A DNA stretch of 41,095 nucleotides from assembly GCA_903927905.1 (NCBI GenBank), contig CAIYOY010000020.1, positions 1 to 41,095 of the forward strand, read 5' to 3'. Both the position numbers and the translations under genes were made by a program. This stretch comes from an uncultured Verrucomicrobiales bacterium. GTDB lineage: Bacteria; Verrucomicrobiota; Verrucomicrobiia; Limisphaerales; Palsa-1400. The notes under the pieces are model-generated. The model saw only the letters and a list, made by a program, of their open reading frames with translations. It searched no databases and had not been told where the DNA came from. Positions 9,234 to 18,337 of the stretch are shown one piece after another (positions within the stretch are counted from its first letter, which is position 1; each line of letters begins with the position of its first letter).

Positions 9234-10877
9234 ATGCAGACAATTGTCATCGGTCATCGCAATCCGGATATGGATTCCATTTGTGCCGCGCTCGGTTACG
9301 CGCGGCTGAAGCAGCTTTTGGGCATGCCCGAGGTCATCGCCGCCCGGGCGGGCAATACCAACGCCCGGATTGATTTCGTCCTCCAGAAATTCGGCGTCGA
9401 AGCCCCGCTTTTTCTGAGCGACGTGGCCCCGCGGGTCAGCGATGTCATGCAGCGCAATGTGCTTTCGGTCCGGGCCGATTCCGCGATCTACGATGCCGTA
9501 TTATTGATTGAACAGAAACAATTGCGCGGACTGCCGGTGATTGACGAGCAGAATCATTGTCTCGGGATGCTTTCGGCTTCCAAGATCAGCCATCACCTTT
9601 TCCCGCCGCGCGAAGAAGCGGCCAATGCCCGGGTCATCGTCACTTCACTGGCCAATATCGTGAAAACTTTCGGCGGCACGGCCGTGGTCGGTGAACTTTC
9701 GGAAGAAACGACCGAGCAAATCCTCATGGTCGGCGCCATGAGCGCGGATACATTCTCCAAACGATTGGAACGGCACAAACCGGAAAAAGTTCTCGTCATC
9801 GTCGGCGACCGCGATGAGATCCAGATGCGCGCCATTGATTCGGGCGTCCGCGCGATCATCGTCACCGGCGGGCTGCCTGTCCTGAGCAGTGTCAAGAGGT
9901 CGGCTAAAGAAGCAAAGGTCGCGATCGTCAGCTCACCGCACGACAGCGCCACCACCGTCATGCTGGCGCGCGGCGCGGTTCGGGCCGATCACATGGTGGG
10001 GGCTGAATATGTCAGTTTCAAACCGGACACCTTGCTGGAAGTGGCCCGCGCCCAAGCCGCAACGTTGACCGCATCGCTTTTCCCGATCCTGGATGCCGAT
10101 GGCGTATTGGTCGGAGTTTTGTCCAAGAGCGATTTTATCAAGCCGGTGCCGCGCCGTTTGATTTTGGTGGATCACAACGAGCTTTCCCAAGCCGTGCCGG
10201 GCGCGGACAAAGTGCCGATCGTGGAAATCCTGGACCATCACCGTCTCGGCGGATTCGCCAGTGATGCGCCGATCCATTTTTGGAACAACCCAGTTGGCTC
10301 GACCAGCACGATCGTGGCGCTTTGTTATCAACAAATGGGCGTGCCCATTCCGCCCGACATTGCCGGGCTGCTCATGGCCGGGCTTATTTCTGACACATTG
10401 AACCTCACTTCACCCACCGCCACGCCGGTGGACAAACAGGTGCTCGAACAACTTTCCAAAATCGCCAAAACCAATCCTGCCAAACTGGCGGAAGAAATTT
10501 TTGCGGTCGGTTCGCCGCTGCTGACCATGACGCCCAAGCAAGCCGTCACGGCGGATTGCAAGGAATACGAAGAAGGAGGCAAACGCTTCACGGTTTCGCA
10601 GATCGAGGAATTAACTTTTTCGCATCTGGCGGAAAAACAAGCTGCTCTCATCGAAGCGCTCGACCGGCAGGTGCGCAACAAAGACCTGTATCTCGCCGCG
10701 CTTCTGGTCACCGACATCAACACGCAAAACTCCGTGCTGCTGGCCTGCGGCGCGCCGGAGTTTTTGCCGCGCATCAATTTTCCTTCCCTGGCTCCCCATG
10801 TCTGGGAGCTAAACGGCGTCGTCTCCCGCAAAAAACAATTGCTGCCGCATTTGCTGCAATGCCTGGCCGGCATGTGA
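9234..10877 (+). CDS. ppaC: CBS-domain-containing family II (DHH/DHHA2) inorganic pyrophosphatase
   Basis: DHH motif I VIGHRNPDMDSICAALGYA. An inserted CBS pair. LILVDHNE and the DHH motif EILDHHRLGGF. C-terminal DHHA2 region. Length 547 aa. Confidence 0.85.
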   Translation: MQTIVIGHRNPDMDSICAALGYARLKQLLGMPEVIAARAGNTNARIDFVLQKFGVEAPLFLSDVAPRVSDVMQRNVLSVRADSAIYDAVLLIEQKQLRGLPVIDEQNHCLGMLSASKISHHLFPPREEAANARVIVTSLANIVKTFGGTAVVGELSEETTEQILMVGAMSADTFSKRLERHKPEKVLVIVGDRDEIQMRAIDSGVRAIIVTGGLPVLSSVKRSAKEAKVAIVSSPHDSATTVMLARGAVRADHMVGAEYVSFKPDTLLEVARAQAATLTASLFPILDADGVLVGVLSKSDFIKPVPRRLILVDHNELSQAVPGADKVPIVEILDHHRLGGFASDAPIHFWNNPVGSTSTIVALCYQQMGVPIPPDIAGLLMAGLISDTLNLTSPTATPVDKQVLEQLSKIAKTNPAKLAEEIFAVGSPLLTMTPKQAVTADCKEYEEGGKRFTVSQIEELTFSHLAEKQAALIEALDRQVRNKDLYLAALLVTDINTQNSVLLACGAPEFLPRINFPSLAPHVWELNGVVSRKKQLLPHLLQCLAGM

Positions 10878-10912
10878 GGCGCGAATAGACGGCGGAGTGC
10901 GCATTTTCCAGT

Positions 10913-11181
10913 TTCTCAACCCGGAGGGTTGCCAGAAGGTAGCCGGGGGTTGAGGAGCGCCGCGCGACGATACCCCCGGAACGGGTTGGAATTGGTTTTG
11001 CACCCCGGAGGGGTGCCAGAATTCTTTCGACAGAAACAACTCCAACTCTGCGCGAACCAATCACTTGCTCTGGAAATCTGCCACCCCTCCGGGGTGGAGT
11101 CTCTTTTTACTCATTATACCGGAGGTCTTCGCCAAGCCTTCGACCTCCGGCTACCTTCTGGCAACCCTCCGGGTTGAAAAA
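10913..11181. repeat. Nested inverted-repeat element, MITE-like. 34-bp terminal inverted repeats (10913-10946 and 11148-11181, 33/34 identical) enclose a second inner inverted pair (11001-11024 and 11078-11101) and local hairpins.
   Basis: Read directly from the sequence. ttctcaacccggagggttgccagaaggtagccgg versus reverse complement ttttcaacccggagggttgccagaaggtagccgg. Inner caccccggaggggtgccag versus caccccggaggggtggcag. Extra hairpins ccggggg...cccccgg (10944-10978) and ccggaggtc...gacctccgg (11119-11149). Confidence 0.6.
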
Positions 11182-12970
11182 CAGCCCAAGCCGGCGCGGG
11201 CGCGGTAAATTCCATCTGTTTATTATACAGCGGATGGACGAACGAAATCTTCCAAGCGTGCAGGCATAAAGGCGGATCATCGGGATGCAACGTCTGCGTT
11301 TCCCCAATTTTGTGTCCCGCCAAATAAACGGCATCACCGCAAACCGGCATGTTCAGGTGCCAAAGATGGATGCGGATTTGATTGGTTCGCCCGGTGAGAG
11401 GGCGTGCTTCCAAAAGAGTCGTGCCGTCCGCATGACGCGCGAGGACCCGGAATTCAGTGCGAGCCGACAACCCCGTTTCCATTTCCACCAGGCGAGAGCC
11501 GAGCACTCCGGATTCGGCACTGATGGGCGCATCGCAGCTAAAATCATCTTCCTTGGGGTGGCCTTGCACCCGCACCAGATACGTTTTTTTCACCTTGCCG
11601 ACGGCGAATTGCGGTTGCAACCGCGCGGCGAATCGGCGCGTGCGAGTGATGAGGACCAAGCCGGTGGTGTTGGCGTCGAGCCGATGCGCGGGGCGCGGTT
11701 TTTCGGGGTGATAAACCTGATTGAGAATGTGTTGCAGCGTGTTCAAGTTGAACCGGCCTCCGGCGTGCATGGGGAGTGGCGCGGGTTTATTCAGTACCAC
11801 CAGAGCTTCGTCTTCATGCAGGATTTCAATGCCGCCATTCACCGGAGGTTCGATGGTGCCGGGAAATTTGTGCAAGTAACGCTCGCCCACGCGAGCGATG
11901 TGTTCAGCAGTCACCGGTTGTTCCGCGCGATTCAAAATCAATCCACCCTCACATTCGCGTTGCCAATAATCACGCGGCAGATGCGCCACCACGCGACAGA
12001 GCGTGTCCAAGAGAGTCCGGCCATCGCAATCGAGCGGCACGGTGAAGGGACGCAGCCGGTCATAGGCGACGCTGCCGGGCATGGGATCAACCAACGCACG
12101 AATGGCGGCATGACGCGCGGCGATGGAGAGGGCCATTTGCTCGGCGGCGGTTTTGAAACAATGCGGGCAAGACCGGTTCGGGACGTAGCGCGGATCCTGC
12201 TGCTCCGCTTTGGTCAGCGGAGTCTGACACTTGAAACAATTGGCGGAATCTGTTTCGTGCAGGCTTGGGTCGAGGCCAACGCGGTGATCAAAAACAAAAC
12301 ATTCGCCGTCGTAATGCGAGCCGCCACATTCCTCAAAATATTTCAGGATGCCGCCGTCGAGTTGGAAAATATTTTTGAATCCCGCGCGCTCCATGAACGG
12401 CCCGGCCTTTTCGCAACGGATGCCGCCAGTGCAAAACATCACGATCGGCTGACCTTTCATCTCTGTTGGCAAGCGTTCCACCGCCTGAGGGAATTCCCGA
12501 AAATGATCTATGCCGATGGGTAAGGCGTTTTTGAACGTGCCGAGCTTCACTTCGTAATCATTGCGTGTGTCAAGCAATGTCACCGGCCGCCCTTCGTCAA
12601 GCCATTGCTTTAACGTGACGGCGGAAAGCTTGGGCGAAGGATTTCGCGCGGGATCAATCCCCTCGACACCGAAGGCGATGATTTCTTTTTTGATCCGCAC
12701 CAACATGCGATTGAACGGCTGATGGTCCGTTTCACTGGCTTTGGCGGCCAACTTTTCCAGACCGACCATCGCGCGCAAATGCTCCAGCAAGCAATCGGTT
12801 TTTTCCGGCGCGCCGGCTACGAAAAGATTGATGCCTTCCGGACTGATCAGAATGGAGCCTTTTAATTCCCATCCGCGACACAGCCCCAATAATTGCGCGC
12901 GAAGCGATTTTAGCTCGGGCAAGGGCGCAAATTGGTACGCGGCGATGTTGCGGATTTTCGGCATCACCAT
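11114..12970 (-). CDS. Two-domain tRNA-modification protein: N-terminal rhodanese-like TrhO/YceA (tRNA U34 hydroxylase family) fused to a C-terminal RluA-family pseudouridine synthase
   Basis: TrhO signature IVMFCTGGIRCEKAG plus a C-terminal Cys cluster (CFKCQ...CPHCF). After that come RluA motifs HRLDANTTGLVL and GRTNQIRIHL. The last ~22 codons run into the inverted-repeat element. Confidence 0.75.
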   Translation of the reverse strand: MVMPKIRNIAAYQFAPLPELKSLRAQLLGLCRGWELKGSILISPEGINLFVAGAPEKTDCLLEHLRAMVGLEKLAAKASETDHQPFNRMLVRIKKEIIAFGVEGIDPARNPSPKLSAVTLKQWLDEGRPVTLLDTRNDYEVKLGTFKNALPIGIDHFREFPQAVERLPTEMKGQPIVMFCTGGIRCEKAGPFMERAGFKNIFQLDGGILKYFEECGGSHYDGECFVFDHRVGLDPSLHETDSANCFKCQTPLTKAEQQDPRYVPNRSCPHCFKTAAEQMALSIAARHAAIRALVDPMPGSVAYDRLRPFTVPLDCDGRTLLDTLCRVVAHLPRDYWQRECEGGLILNRAEQPVTAEHIARVGERYLHKFPGTIEPPVNGGIEILHEDEALVVLNKPAPLPMHAGGRFNLNTLQHILNQVYHPEKPRPAHRLDANTTGLVLITRTRRFAARLQPQFAVGKVKKTYLVRVQGHPKEDDFSCDAPISAESGVLGSRLVEMETGLSARTEFRVLARHADGTTLLEARPLTGRTNQIRIHLWHLNMPVCGDAVYLAGHKIGETQTLHPDDPPLCLHAWKISFVHPLYNKQMEFTAPAPAWAVFQPGGLPEGSRRSKAWRRPPV

Positions 12971-13683
12971 CCCATGATCTTGTTGACCTCGGCCTGCCAG
13001 AGGGCATAGGCCGCCGCGTTGATGTGCAGGCCATCCTTGGTGAATTCCGCTTTCAACTCGCCCTTGTCATCCACGAGCAATTTGTGCAGATCAATGTAAT
13101 CATAACCGTATTTTGCCGCGAGCTTGGCGATGATTTCGTTGAACTCAAGCACCGCAGCGTTGTGTTTGGCATACCTGTCGCGGGTCGGAAAGAGCGATTG
13201 GACATGGACCCGGATTTTCGGCGCGCCGCTGTGGATTTTTTTTAGAATTTCACGATAACCTTTTTCCATGTCGGAAATCTTATGGCCTGCGCCCAAGTCA
13301 TTGATGCCGATCAGGAGAAAAACATCCGAGGCGTCGCAGTCAAACACAGAGTTGTCCATCCGTCGCAAAATGCCGCGATGATCATCCGGCGGCAGGGCCA
13401 CGCCGATAATATCCGCACCGATGCCCCGATTGATGACGCGATGTCCCGGGAAAAATTTATTGACATCAAACCCTTCGGTGATGCTGTCGCCGAGCATGAC
13501 GACATTTTTCCAGTGGCGGTCCTGTTCTTTGAAATCACGCACCCGATTGTCCCAATGTGCGCGAAACATGGCCATGAGATCGTTGGCTTTGGGTTTGGCC
13601 GGGGCGTTGGTGGTTGTGGCCGGCTCCGCCGCGCTGACATGCAACACGAACAACAGGCCGAAGATACAAGAAATGAATTTCAT
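12964..13683 (-). CDS. SGNH/GDSL-family hydrolase (lipase/esterase-like), secreted
   Basis: Signal peptide MKFISCIFGLLFVLHVSAA. GDS block VVMLGDSITEGF. Conserved blocks ...GINDL... and a DxxH-like C-terminal region. Its stop overlaps the start of the downstream gene (ATGGTGATG). Confidence 0.8.
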   Translation of the reverse strand: MKFISCIFGLLFVLHVSAAEPATTTNAPAKPKANDLMAMFRAHWDNRVRDFKEQDRHWKNVVMLGDSITEGFDVNKFFPGHRVINRGIGADIIGVALPPDDHRGILRRMDNSVFDCDASDVFLLIGINDLGAGHKISDMEKGYREILKKIHSGAPKIRVHVQSLFPTRDRYAKHNAAVLEFNEIIAKLAAKYGYDYIDLHKLLVDDKGELKAEFTKDGLHINAAAYALWQAEVNKIMGW

Positions 13684-14199
13684 GATTAACCAATAACAAA
13701 TTTCACAGGCGCAGCACAATCCGCAAACGTTGGATGAAATATTTTCCTATGGTGAAGGCTTGATTTGCCTTTACGGAAAACTTGAGGATTAACAGGATTT
13801 GCGGGGGTTGGTTTATTTGCGACCTTTACGGCTTTTGTTTCAAGCTTTTTTCTGGAATCTACCTATAAGAAAAATGAAAACGAACTTGCAGAGCTGATTA
13901 AGGAGATCCGCCTATTAAAAGAGAAAGTGGATTCGTTGAGTGATTCGGATTCAAAAGTTATTGAGCCCAAAAACCCTGTGGAGAAATAATCAAGCGACTT
14001 GGCGAGCGACCACGGTTCTGCCGCTAGGTTTCTGCACGTTGCAAGCGCGGGCGACTTCGCCATAATTTTTAACGGAGATTTTTAAACCAACGCCATTGAC
14101 ATTATTCGTGGCAACTCGTAAGTTTTTATTGGTTCGAGGGACAAATGTCGGCCCTGTGCCGTGTGAACGATGTGCTGAGGCGTGTCGGTCCTATATCCC

Positions 14200-15021
14200 T
14201 CAACCACTTTTTAAAGCTGCTGCTGTCAGCGGCTTTTTTCTTGTATAATAAGTCCCATATTCAGCCTGTCGGGTGTCATCCACATCCACCACCAAGCTGC
14301 ATTGCGGCCAGAGCAATTCCAGAAAACGATCCTCCCGCTTTTCAATAGTGCGCTGCAAGGCCCAGAGAAAATAATCCACGGCTTGCAGCGCCGGTTCGGA
14401 AGTCGGGTAGGCTGCCTGCACGGCAAGCTGGCCGACCGCCGCCCTCGAATGTTCGAGAGCGAAACGTTCGCGCGACTGTTCCAGCGCCAGGTGAAAAGCG
14501 GCAGTCCGATGGCTGTTGCCTCGAATGGCAAAGGTGATGTTGTAGGCATCATGTTTATGCAGGCGTTCTTTGAACAGACGACGGACCGCATGGTCGTAAA
14601 GTTCATCTGGCTTGTAACGGTAGGCGGTGTCGCGCTGATTGCGTGAACGCACATAATCCAGCACAGATTGTTTATGGCGCACGATGGCAGAAAAACGGAT
14701 GGGTTGCCGTTGCAAAAGTTTGAAGACTTCGCGGCGCACCTCGGGAAGGTCGTCTTTGGCGTGAAAGAAAAGTGCAGTCTTTCTTGCTTCCGGTTGCATG
14801 GACGGCACTTTTTTGAAATAGGGATCAGCCAAGACATCAGCCCGGAGCTTTTTGAGATCGTCCGCCAATCCAACCGGATCAGGCACATCCAGCAACCCCA
14901 CCGCGAAATAACAACTGCATCCCTCAGAGCCAATCAGAACGCGGCCTTTGGAGTCAAATAAAACAGGATCACCAGCTTCATCCACGAAATAATGCTTTGG
15001 CGTTACGAGGGCAATACTCAT
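14200..15021 (-). CDS. Hypothetical protein, possibly DUF3800-like (DE-x and QxxD motifs), in a lower-GC islet
   Basis: 273-aa ORF with N-terminal YFVDEAGD and C-terminal LQAVDYFLWAL. These match the two short motifs, DES and QxxD, described for DUF3800. It is flanked by AT-rich non-coding DNA on both sides. Confidence 0.45.
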   Translation of the reverse strand: MSIALVTPKHYFVDEAGDPVLFDSKGRVLIGSEGCSCYFAVGLLDVPDPVGLADDLKKLRADVLADPYFKKVPSMQPEARKTALFFHAKDDLPEVRREVFKLLQRQPIRFSAIVRHKQSVLDYVRSRNQRDTAYRYKPDELYDHAVRRLFKERLHKHDAYNITFAIRGNSHRTAAFHLALEQSRERFALEHSRAAVGQLAVQAAYPTSEPALQAVDYFLWALQRTIEKREDRFLELLWPQCSLVVDVDDTRQAEYGTYYTRKKPLTAAALKSG

Positions 15022-15254
15022 GGTTTTGGATCAGCCTTGGTAGCGGTCATGATTAAGGTCGTAGCACTTAGGCCGATGAGGACGTGAGTTTGCCAGTCGA
15101 GCCATAAATGATTTTTTCCGGTCGCGCTCAAGCTTGCTGGATAACCTGAATTTCAGGCAAAAGCAAGCGATTGCCTGGGATGAAATGTTTCACTTGATCA
15201 ATGGCTAAAAACACCCGCTCTTGAACTTTGTTCATTAGTGAGTATGTTGCAGGC

Positions 15255-15461
15255 ATGGATTGGCAGCAAATTACGGCGCTGGGGATTGTGGCGGTGACGG
15301 CGGGATTTTTCCTGCGGTCAAAGCTGCGTCGGCGCAAGTTCAGTTTTGAGCACGATACGCATTGTGGGTGCAGTTCTCCCGCGCAATCCGGTTCGAAGAG
15401 TTCCATCGTGTTCAAGGCGCGGAAGGGGCAGCGGCCGGAAATTGTGGTCAAAATGAAATGA
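15255..15461 (+). CDS. Small Cys-rich membrane protein, FeoB-associated Cys-rich family-like
   Basis: One TM helix (ITALGIVAVTAGFFL), then a basic stretch RSKLRRRK and a CGCSS motif. This is the pattern of the small FeoB-associated Cys-rich membrane protein family. The start is taken at the internal ATG at 15255. Confidence 0.4.
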   Translation: MDWQQITALGIVAVTAGFFLRSKLRRRKFSFEHDTHCGCSSPAQSGSKSSIVFKARKGQRPEIVVKMK

Positions 15462-15517
15462 AAAATTACTGCCACTTGCACAACTCCAGAACGTGAGATA
15501 GCTTCTCCTTCATAGCC

Positions 15518-15919
15518 ATGCATAAGATCAGCTCGTCCCTTCATTTCTCCAAACGGCCAGTCAGCGCCACAAAGGAGGCCGGAACCCATTGGGCACCCAA
15601 CACCGATGTCTATGACTGCGAATCAGGCATCGTCATCAAGGTCGAACTGGCCGGATTGAAACGCGAGGATCTGGAGCTAACCATTGACGGGAATCGGTTG
15701 AAGATCAGCGGGCAGCGCCCGGATGGTTGTCGCGGCGCGAAATGCAAATTTCTCATCATGGAAATCAATTACGGCGCTTTCGAGACGATCATTGATCTTC
15801 CGGCCGGTTGCGATTTGAGCCAGGCCAAGGCGGCTTATCAAAACGGTTTTCTGCGGATTGATGTGCCGTGCAAGGAATGTGAAAGCAAAGCGGTTTCCAT
15901 TGCCGTGACCGATTCTTAA
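15518..15919 (+). CDS. Hsp20 / alpha-crystallin family small heat-shock protein
   Basis: Alpha-crystallin domain blocks: APNTDVYDCESGIVIKVELAGLKREDLELTIDGNRLKISGQR ... GAFETIIDLP...AAYQNGFLRIDVPK. Confidence 0.9.
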   Translation: MHKISSSLHFSKRPVSATKEAGTHWAPNTDVYDCESGIVIKVELAGLKREDLELTIDGNRLKISGQRPDGCRGAKCKFLIMEINYGAFETIIDLPAGCDLSQAKAAYQNGFLRIDVPCKECESKAVSIAVTDS

Positions 15920-15925
15920 GGTAAA

Positions 15926-18337
15926 GTGGATAATGGCATGACTTCACCGGAAACTGAATTTATCAGCATTCTTGGCGCCGGGAACACCCCGGATTCCTCG
16001 GGCACGAAGGTTTGGTCCAAATCTTTGCCTGAATCCCTGCCCATTCTCGGCCTCTCCGACATCGTGATTTTTCCCGGAACGGTGACGCCGCTGCTGGTGG
16101 AAACGCCGCAAAGCATCCGTTTGATTGACGATGTGGTGGCGGGCGATCGTTTTCTCGGCCTGGTGCTGCAAAAATCACCGGAAAAGGATAATCCGGTCCC
16201 GGCGGATTTGTGGCTGCACGGTTGCGCCGGGCGCGTGCTGAAGATGTTGAAATTTCCCGATGGCACGGTTCGCGTGCTGGTGGAAGGGTTGCGCCGGTTC
16301 CACATCAAACAGTTCACCACGGAAACGCCCTACCTGATCGCCAAGGTTGATAAGCTGAAAGACGTGGTGGATGACTCGCTGGAATTGGCCGCGCTGGTAC
16401 GCAATGCCGACCGGGAATTTCAGGAGATCATCAAGCTTTCGCCCACGTTGTCCGAGCAGATCAAAGTGGCCTCGCTGAACACGGAAGACTCGTCGAAGCT
16501 CTCGGACTTGATCGCGGTCAATCTCAATTTAAGTTTGGAGGAACGCCAGCATCTTTTGGAAATGCCCTCGGTCAAGGACCGGCTGACCCGGCTGCTGCCC
16601 CTGCTCAGCCGTGAATTGGAAGTGTTGAAGCTTGGCTCGAAAATCCAGAACGAGGTCGTCACCTCGATGTCCAAAAATCAGCGCGAGTTTTTCCTGCGCG
16701 AACAGATTCGCGCCATTCAGCGGGAATTGGGCGAAGCCGATTCAGGCATGGCCGATGCCAAGGAATTGCGCGAACAGATCGAAAAAAATAATTTGCCCGA
16801 GGAGCCGAAAAAAGTGGCGCTGAAGGAATTGGAGCGTCTCGAACAGATTCCCAACGCTGTCGCCGAATATACCATCACGCGGAATTATCTCGATTGGCTG
16901 ATCAATCTGCCGTGGTCAAAATATACCGAAGACAAGCTGGATCTCGCGGCGGCGGGACGTTTGCTGGACGAACAGCATTTTGGCCTGCACAAGGTCAAAG
17001 ACCGGCTGTTGGAATTTCTCTCGGTCATCAAACTTAAACATCAGATCAAAGGCCCCATCCTTTGTCTCGTCGGTCCGCCCGGCGTGGGCAAAACTTCGCT
17101 GGGCAAAAGCGTGGCCGAAGCGATGGGCCGAAAATTCATCCGCATTTCACTGGGAGGAATGAGAGACGAAGCGGAGATACGAGGACATCGGCGGACTTAC
17201 GTCGGCGCTTTGCCCGGTCGTTTCATCCAGAGCCTGCGCCGCGTTGAGTCCAGCAACCCGGTCATTCTGCTCGATGAACTTGACAAGGTTGGGTCGGATT
17301 TCCGGGGCGATCCGTCTTCCGCGCTGCTCGAAGTGCTTGACCCGGCGCAGAACACCACGTTCACCGATCATTATCTGGATTTGCCCTACGATTTGTCGCG
17401 CGTGCTGTTCATCACGACGGCCAACTGGCTGGATCCGATCCATCCGGCGTTGCGCGACCGGTTGGAAGTCATCGAATTGCCCAGCTACACTTCGACGGAA
17501 AAATTACAGATCGCCCGCCGCCATCTGGTCCCGCGCCAGATCGAAGAACACGGCATCAACAAGAAGCTGGTGAAATTTCCTGACTCGACGTTGCGGCAGG
17601 TGATCCAGGATTACACCCGCGAAGCCGGCGTGCGTCAGTTGGAGCGCGAAATTGCGGCGCTGACACGCAAAGCCGCTCGGAAAATTGTCGCGCGCAAGGA
17701 ATCGAAGGAACCGATCACGATCAAGCCGACCATGCTCAAGGAAATGTTGGGGCCGGCGGATTATGTTTCGGAAGTGGCCGAGCGGATCACCGATCGCGGC
17801 ATCGCCATCGGATTAGCTTGGACGCCCGTTGGCGGAGAAATTCTTTTTATCGAAGCCACCCGCATGCCGGGTCGCGGCAACCTCATCCTCACCGGTTCAC
17901 TGGGCGAAGTAATGAAAGAAAGCGCGCAAACGGCGCTGAGTTATTTGCGCAACAAGGCGCAGGATTTGGACATTGATCTGAGCAATTACGAGAAGCGCGA
18001 CATCCACATCCACGTTCCCGCCGGCGCGACGCCCAAAGACGGCCCGAGCGCGGGTGTGACTATCGTCGTGGCGCTGGCCTCGCTCTTTATGCGCCGGATG
18101 GTTCGTTCCGACATCGCCATGACTGGCGAGATTAGTTTGCGCGGGCGGGTGCTGCGCGTTGGCGGCATCAAAGAAAAAGTGATGGCCGCCGCCCGGGCTG
18201 GGTTAAAACACGTGATCCTGCCCGACCAATGTCGCAACGACTGGACCGAAGTGCCGGAAGAAGTCCGCAAAAAACTGACGGCGCATTTTGTCAAAGACAT
18301 AGCTGGCGCCATCAAAGTTGCCTTGCACACCAAATGA
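15926..18337 (+). CDS. lon: ATP-dependent Lon protease (LonA type)
   Basis: N-terminal LON substrate-binding domain, Walker A GPPGVGKTS, and protease active-site region PKDGPSAGVTIVVALAS with Ser-Lys dyad context. Length 803 aa. Confidence 0.95.
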   Translation: MDNGMTSPETEFISILGAGNTPDSSGTKVWSKSLPESLPILGLSDIVIFPGTVTPLLVETPQSIRLIDDVVAGDRFLGLVLQKSPEKDNPVPADLWLHGCAGRVLKMLKFPDGTVRVLVEGLRRFHIKQFTTETPYLIAKVDKLKDVVDDSLELAALVRNADREFQEIIKLSPTLSEQIKVASLNTEDSSKLSDLIAVNLNLSLEERQHLLEMPSVKDRLTRLLPLLSRELEVLKLGSKIQNEVVTSMSKNQREFFLREQIRAIQRELGEADSGMADAKELREQIEKNNLPEEPKKVALKELERLEQIPNAVAEYTITRNYLDWLINLPWSKYTEDKLDLAAAGRLLDEQHFGLHKVKDRLLEFLSVIKLKHQIKGPILCLVGPPGVGKTSLGKSVAEAMGRKFIRISLGGMRDEAEIRGHRRTYVGALPGRFIQSLRRVESSNPVILLDELDKVGSDFRGDPSSALLEVLDPAQNTTFTDHYLDLPYDLSRVLFITTANWLDPIHPALRDRLEVIELPSYTSTEKLQIARRHLVPRQIEEHGINKKLVKFPDSTLRQVIQDYTREAGVRQLEREIAALTRKAARKIVARKESKEPITIKPTMLKEMLGPADYVSEVAERITDRGIAIGLAWTPVGGEILFIEATRMPGRGNLILTGSLGEVMKESAQTALSYLRNKAQDLDIDLSNYEKRDIHIHVPAGATPKDGPSAGVTIVVALASLFMRRMVRSDIAMTGEISLRGRVLRVGGIKEKVMAAARAGLKHVILPDQCRNDWTEVPEEVRKKLTAHFVKDIAGAIKVALHTK

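Noticed and set aside
10940-11030. Possible tRNA or tRNA-like gene in the ppaC/trhO intergenic region (acgggttggaattgg resembles a T-arm)
   Set aside because: No acceptor-stem pairing, no D-loop, and GGTTGGAATTGG does not match GGTTCGAATCC. The region is better explained by the inverted-repeat element.
13786-13995. Coiled-coil-like + strand reading (…NENELAELIKEIRLLKEKVDSLSDSDSKVIEPKNPVEK) and the listed minus-strand ORF 13863-14063
   Set aside because: The + frame has no in-frame ATG/GTG/TTG start before the sequence of interest; only CTG is available. The minus ORF translates to low-complexity Ser/Phe/Leu-rich sequence. It is more likely a non-coding AT-rich spacer or promoter region.
14145-14348. 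+ strand ORF of 67 aa overlapping the 3' end of the DUF3800-like gene
   Set aside because: It overlaps a longer, better-supported minus-strand CDS. It has no recognisable motifs and is probably an overlap artefact, though a putative sigma70-like promoter lies upstream (see the lower-GC islet finding).
15040-15090. CIRCE-like element (tagcacttaggccgatgaggacgtgagtttgc) upstream of the heat-shock cluster
   Set aside because: Only the left half resembles TTAGCACTC. The right half lacks GAGTGCTAA, so it is not a convincing HrcA operator.
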